From assembly GCA_039808365.1 (NCBI GenBank), contig JBDHSX010000002.1:21580-85579 (forward strand): a stretch of 64,000 nt of DNA, written 5' to 3'. Numbering within the stretch: the stretch's first letter is position 1; the number at the start of each line of letters is the position of its first letter. The position numbers were made by a program, and so were the translations under genes. Of the stretch, positions 60,700-64,000 are shown one piece after another. The notes beneath the pieces were generated by a model. It saw only the letters and a program-made list of their open reading frames with translations. It did not search any database and was not told the origin of the DNA. The DNA is from Xanthobacteraceae bacterium (GTDB lineage Bacteria; Pseudomonadota; Alphaproteobacteria; Rhizobiales; Xanthobacteraceae).

Positions 60700-61782
60700 T
60701 CACCGCAGCTTCAGCGTGGACAGGCCGAGCAGCGCCAGCATCACCGCGATGATCCAGAACCGGATCACCACCTGCGGCTCGGTCCAGCCCTTCTGTTCGA
60801 AATGATGATGGATCGGCGCCATCTTGAACACGCGCTTGCCGGTCAGCTTGAACGAGGCCACCTGCACGATCACCGACACCGCCTCCAGCACGAACAATCC
60901 GCCGATCACCGCCAGCACGATCTCGTGCTTCACCGCCACCGCAATCGAGCCCAGCATGCCGCCCAGCGCCAGCGAGCCGGTGTCGCCCATGAAGATCGAG
61001 GCCGGCGGCGCGTTGAACCACAGGAAGCCGAGCCCGGCCCCCAGCACCGCGCCGCACAGCACCGACAGTTCACCGGTGCCGGCGACGTAGTTGATCTGCA
61101 GGTAGTCGGAGAACACCGCGTTGCCGGCGAGATAGGAGATCATGCCAAAGCTCGCGGCGGCGATCATCACCGGCACGATGGCGAGGCCGTCGAGGCCGTC
61201 GGTGAGGTTCACCGCGTTGCCGGCGCCGACGATGATGAAGCCGCCGAAAATCACGAAGAACCAGCCAAGGTTAATGACGACTTCCTTGAAGAACGGGATC
61301 GCCAGCGAACTCGACAGCGGCTCGCGGCCGATCCGCATCATCGCATAGCAGGCCAGCGCCGCGATGACGCCTTCGATCACCAGGCGGCTGCGGCCGCCGA
61401 AACCGTTGTGGCTCTGCTTGGTGACCTTCAGATAATCGTCGTAGAAGCCGACCAGACCGAAGCCGAGCGTGACGCCGAGCACGATCCAGACATAGGGGTT
61501 CACCGGATTGGCCCACAGCAGCGTCGAGACCACGAGGCCGGACAGGATCATCAACCCGCCCATGGTCGGCGTGCCCTTCTTGGTCAGGTGGCTCTGCGGG
61601 CCATCGCTGCGGATCGGCTGGCCCTTGCCCTGCCGGATGCGCAGGTTGTCGATAATCCACGGGCCGAACAGGAATACGAACAGCGCCGCGGTGACCATCG
61701 CACCGCCGGTCCGGAACGTGATGTAGCGAAACACGTTGAGGCCCGGAAAGGTCGGCGCCGCGTCGATCAACCAGTAAAACAT
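60700..61782 (-). CDS. mraY: Phospho-N-acetylmuramoyl-pentapeptide transferase
   Basis: 360 aa, polytopic, with [22 protein letters not shown] and [12 protein letters not shown]. Confidence 0.97.
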   Translation of the reverse strand: MFYWLIDAAPTFPGLNVFRYITFRTGGAMVTAALFVFLFGPWIIDNLRIRQGKGQPIRSDGPQSHLTKKGTPTMGGLMILSGLVVSTLLWANPVNPYVWIVLGVTLGFGLVGFYDDYLKVTKQSHNGFGGRSRLVIEGVIAALACYAMMRIGREPLSSSLAIPFFKEVVINLGWFFVIFGGFIIVGAGNAVNLTDGLDGLAIVPVMIAAASFGMISYLAGNAVFSDYLQINYVAGTGELSVLCGAVLGAGLGFLWFNAPPASIFMGDTGSLALGGMLGSIAVAVKHEIVLAVIGGLFVLEAVSVIVQVASFKLTGKRVFKMAPIHHHFEQKGWTEPQVVIRFWIIAVMLALLGLSTLKLR

Positions 61783-61792
61783 GCAATCCGCC

Positions 61793-63232
61793 TTACACCG
61801 CTGCGTCGTCGTGCGCGGCCTTGTCGGGGAAGCGCTTCTCCAGCGCGCTGACGATGACTTTCATCTTCGAGCCGAGCGAGCCCTTGACCATGACGGCGTC
61901 GCCCGCGCGCAACGCCGCCGCCACCTGCGACTCAAGCAGGGTTGAGCTTTCGGCATAGCCGCCGCGCCTGCCGGATGGAAGGGCATCCCACAGGTTTCGC
62001 ATCAACGCCCCGCAGCAAAATACCGCGTCGATGCCGTTGGCGGTCACCGCCTCGGTCAGGGCGCGATGCAGGTCGGGGCCTTGCGGCCCGAGTTCCAGCA
62101 TGTCGCCGAGCACCGCGATCCTTCGCCCTTGGGGGCCGACCGCCGCGCGGCCAAGCACGTTCAGCGCCGCCGCCATCGACGCCGGATTGGCGTTGTAGCT
62201 TTCGTCGATCAGCATGACGCTGCCATGGCCGAGTTCAAGCGCCTTGCGCACGCCGCGCCCCGCCGCCGCCTGAACCTGCGACAGCGCCAGCGCCGAGCGC
62301 GCCAGATCCGCGCCCGCCAGCGAGGCCGCCGCCAGCACCGCCAGCGAATTCAGCGCCATGTGACGGCCCGGCATCGCCAACTTGTAGGTGATGTCGTGAT
62401 CGAGAATGTCGGCATGGATCGCCGAGCAGGCGGCGTGCAGGGCGACATCGCGCAGCCGCGCGTCGGCGGCCTTGTGCGCGCCGAAGGTGACGACACGGGC
62501 GACGCCGGCCTTCGCGGCCTGCCGCTTCAGCCGCGCGAATTGATCGTTGTCGCGGTTGAGCACCGCCGTGCCGCCCGGCTCAAGCCCTGAAAAAATCTCC
62601 GCCTTGGCGTCGGCGATCGCTTCAACGCTGCCGAAGAACTCCAGATGCACCGGCTCGACGGTGGTGATGATCGCGATATGCGGCCGCACCAGCTTGACCA
62701 GCGGCGTGATCTCGCCGGTGTGATTCATGCCGATCTCGAACACCGCGTAGGCGGCATCGGCCGGACAGCGCGCCAGCGACAAGGGCACGCCCCAGTGATT
62801 GTTGAACGAAGCCACCGAGGCGTGGGTCTTGCCCTGCTTGTCCAGGACCTGCCGCAGCATCTCCTTGGTCGAGGTCTTGCCGACCGAGCCGGTCACCGCG
62901 ATCACCCTCGCGCCGAGCCTTGCGCGCGAAACCTTCGCCAGATCGACCAGCGCGGCGAGCACGTCCTCGACCACCAGCAACGGCGCGTCGGCCGCGAATT
63001 GATCGCGCTTGTCGCGGGCGACGACGGCGAGCGCCGCACCGGCCGCAAGCGCGGCCGCGACGAAAGCGTGGCCGTCATGGACGTCGCCCTTGATGGCGAA
63101 GTAAGCGTCTCCCGGCGCGATGGTGCGGCTGTCGATCGACAGGCCGTGGACCGCGGCGGGCAGCGCGCCGCCGGCCTCGGCCCGCATCGCCTGCGCCATG
63201 GCTTCCGGGGTCCAGAGGGGCTGCGTGCTCAT
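61793..63232 (-). CDS. murF: UDP-N-acetylmuramoyl-tripeptide--D-alanyl-D-alanine ligase
   Basis: 479 aa with P-loop [15 protein letters not shown], a Mur ligase middle and C-terminal domains. Confidence 0.93.
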   Translation of the reverse strand: MSTQPLWTPEAMAQAMRAEAGGALPAAVHGLSIDSRTIAPGDAYFAIKGDVHDGHAFVAAALAAGAALAVVARDKRDQFAADAPLLVVEDVLAALVDLAKVSRARLGARVIAVTGSVGKTSTKEMLRQVLDKQGKTHASVASFNNHWGVPLSLARCPADAAYAVFEIGMNHTGEITPLVKLVRPHIAIITTVEPVHLEFFGSVEAIADAKAEIFSGLEPGGTAVLNRDNDQFARLKRQAAKAGVARVVTFGAHKAADARLRDVALHAACSAIHADILDHDITYKLAMPGRHMALNSLAVLAAASLAGADLARSALALSQVQAAAGRGVRKALELGHGSVMLIDESYNANPASMAAALNVLGRAAVGPQGRRIAVLGDMLELGPQGPDLHRALTEAVTANGIDAVFCCGALMRNLWDALPSGRRGGYAESSTLLESQVAAALRAGDAVMVKGSLGSKMKVIVSALEKRFPDKAAHDDAAV

Positions 63233-64000
63233 GCGACCTTCACCTTCAATGCGTCCGCGACCGCGTCGTGATCGCTGAACGGCAGTGTGCGATCGCCGAT
63301 AATCTGGCCGGTTTCGTGGCCCTTGCCGGCGATCAACAGCACATCACCGTCCTGCAAATCATCGATCGCGGCGCGGATCGCCGCGGCGCGGTCGCCGATC
63401 TCGCGCGCAGCCGGCGCGCTGGCGATGATGGCAGCGCGGATCGCGGCCGGGTCCTCGCTGCGCGGATTGTCGTCGGTGACGATCACCACGTCGGCGTTGC
63501 GCGCGGCGATCTCGCCCATCAGGGGCCGCTTGCCGGCGTCGCGGTCGCCGCCGGCGCCGAACACCACGACCAGCCGCCGCCTGACGTAAGGCCGCAGCGC
63601 CTGCAGCGCTTTCGCCAGCGCGTCGGGCTTGTGGGCGTAATCGACGAAGATCGGCGCGCCGTTCTTCTCGCCGACCCGTTCGAGCCGGCCCTTGGCGCCT
63701 TCGAGATGATCCAGCGCCGCGAACACCCGCGCGGCGTCGCTGCCGGTTGAGATCGCAAGCCCCGCCGCCACCAGCGCGTTCTCGATCTGGAATTCGCCGA
63801 CCAGCGGCAGCCGCACCGCGTATCGTCGCCCGCGATGTTCGAGGCCAAGTTGCTGCGCGAAACCATCGACCACGACATCGAGCAGGCGAATGCCCATGCC
63901 CTCGCCGTCGCCTTGGCGTCCCACCGTGACAACGCGCAGGCCGCGTCCTTGCGCGGCGTCGATCACTTGAGCCGACACATCGTGATCGGCGGCGATCACG
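63229..64000 (-). CDS. murE: UDP-N-acetylmuramoyl-L-alanyl-D-glutamate--2,6-diaminopimelate ligase (C-terminal part; 5' end outside the window)
   Basis: Contains VDYAHKPDAL, VVFGAGGDRDAGKRPLMG, the mDAP-specificity motif DNPR (TDDNPRSEDP) and AGKGHE. Its stop overlaps the murF start (ATGA). Confidence 0.9.
   Translation of the reverse strand, partial: VIAADHDVSAQVIDAAQGRGLRVVTVGRQGDGEGMGIRLLDVVVDGFAQQLGLEHRGRRYAVRLPLVGEFQIENALVAAGLAISTGSDAARVFAALDHLEGAKGRLERVGEKNGAPIFVDYAHKPDALAKALQALRPYVRRRLVVVFGAGGDRDAGKRPLMGEIAARNADVVIVTDDNPRSEDPAAIRAAIIASAPAAREIGDRAAAIRAAIDDLQDGDVLLIAGKGHETGQIIGDRTLPFSDHDAVADALKVKVA

Overview
High-GC (about 65% by eye) alphaproteobacterial chromosome segment. It is most consistent with Bradyrhizobiaceae/Nitrobacteraceae: a circularly permuted two-piece tmRNA with tag ANDNFAPVAQAA, and abundant CGTCAT...ATGACG-bounded palindromic repeats. 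Gene content is almost entirely conserved housekeeping. In order: osmoprotectant ABC transporter; ilvI-ilvH-eamA-ilvC; miaA/serB; arsC; hflK-hflC-DUF2065-degP; thyA-folA; a split chrA pair; ssrA-sspB; fumC; asmA; MFS transporter; FAD-linked oxidase; uvrD; an L,D-transpeptidase; a fused MFS/spermidine-synthase protein; prmA; pepP; ligA-recN-bamD-lpxC. The window ends with the dcw cluster ftsZ-ftsA-ftsQ-ddl-murB-murC-murG-ftsW-murD-mraY-murF-murE, all on the minus strand. I found no convincing novel multi-gene system: no integrase, transposase, phage, CRISPR, restriction, secretion or biosynthetic-cluster signatures. Seven observations seem worth a second look. (1) An unannotated Leu/Ile/Val-rich leader peptide plus terminator upstream of ilvI. 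(2) A palindromic repeat element retained in frame between helicase motifs II and III of uvrD. (3) A class-I glutamine amidotransferase translationally coupled between murC and murB. (4) Several families of structured extragenic repeats, including a 126-bp element with perfect 27-bp terminal inverted repeats. (5) An orphan gene in a lower-GC islet. (6) An overlapping DUF4169/RHH gene pair. (7) ssrA lying next to the gene for its proteolysis adaptor sspB. CDS coordinates come from the supplied ORF track, with start codons reassigned where homology, SD sequence or gene overlap suggested it. Non-coding coordinates were hand-counted and may be off by a few nt.
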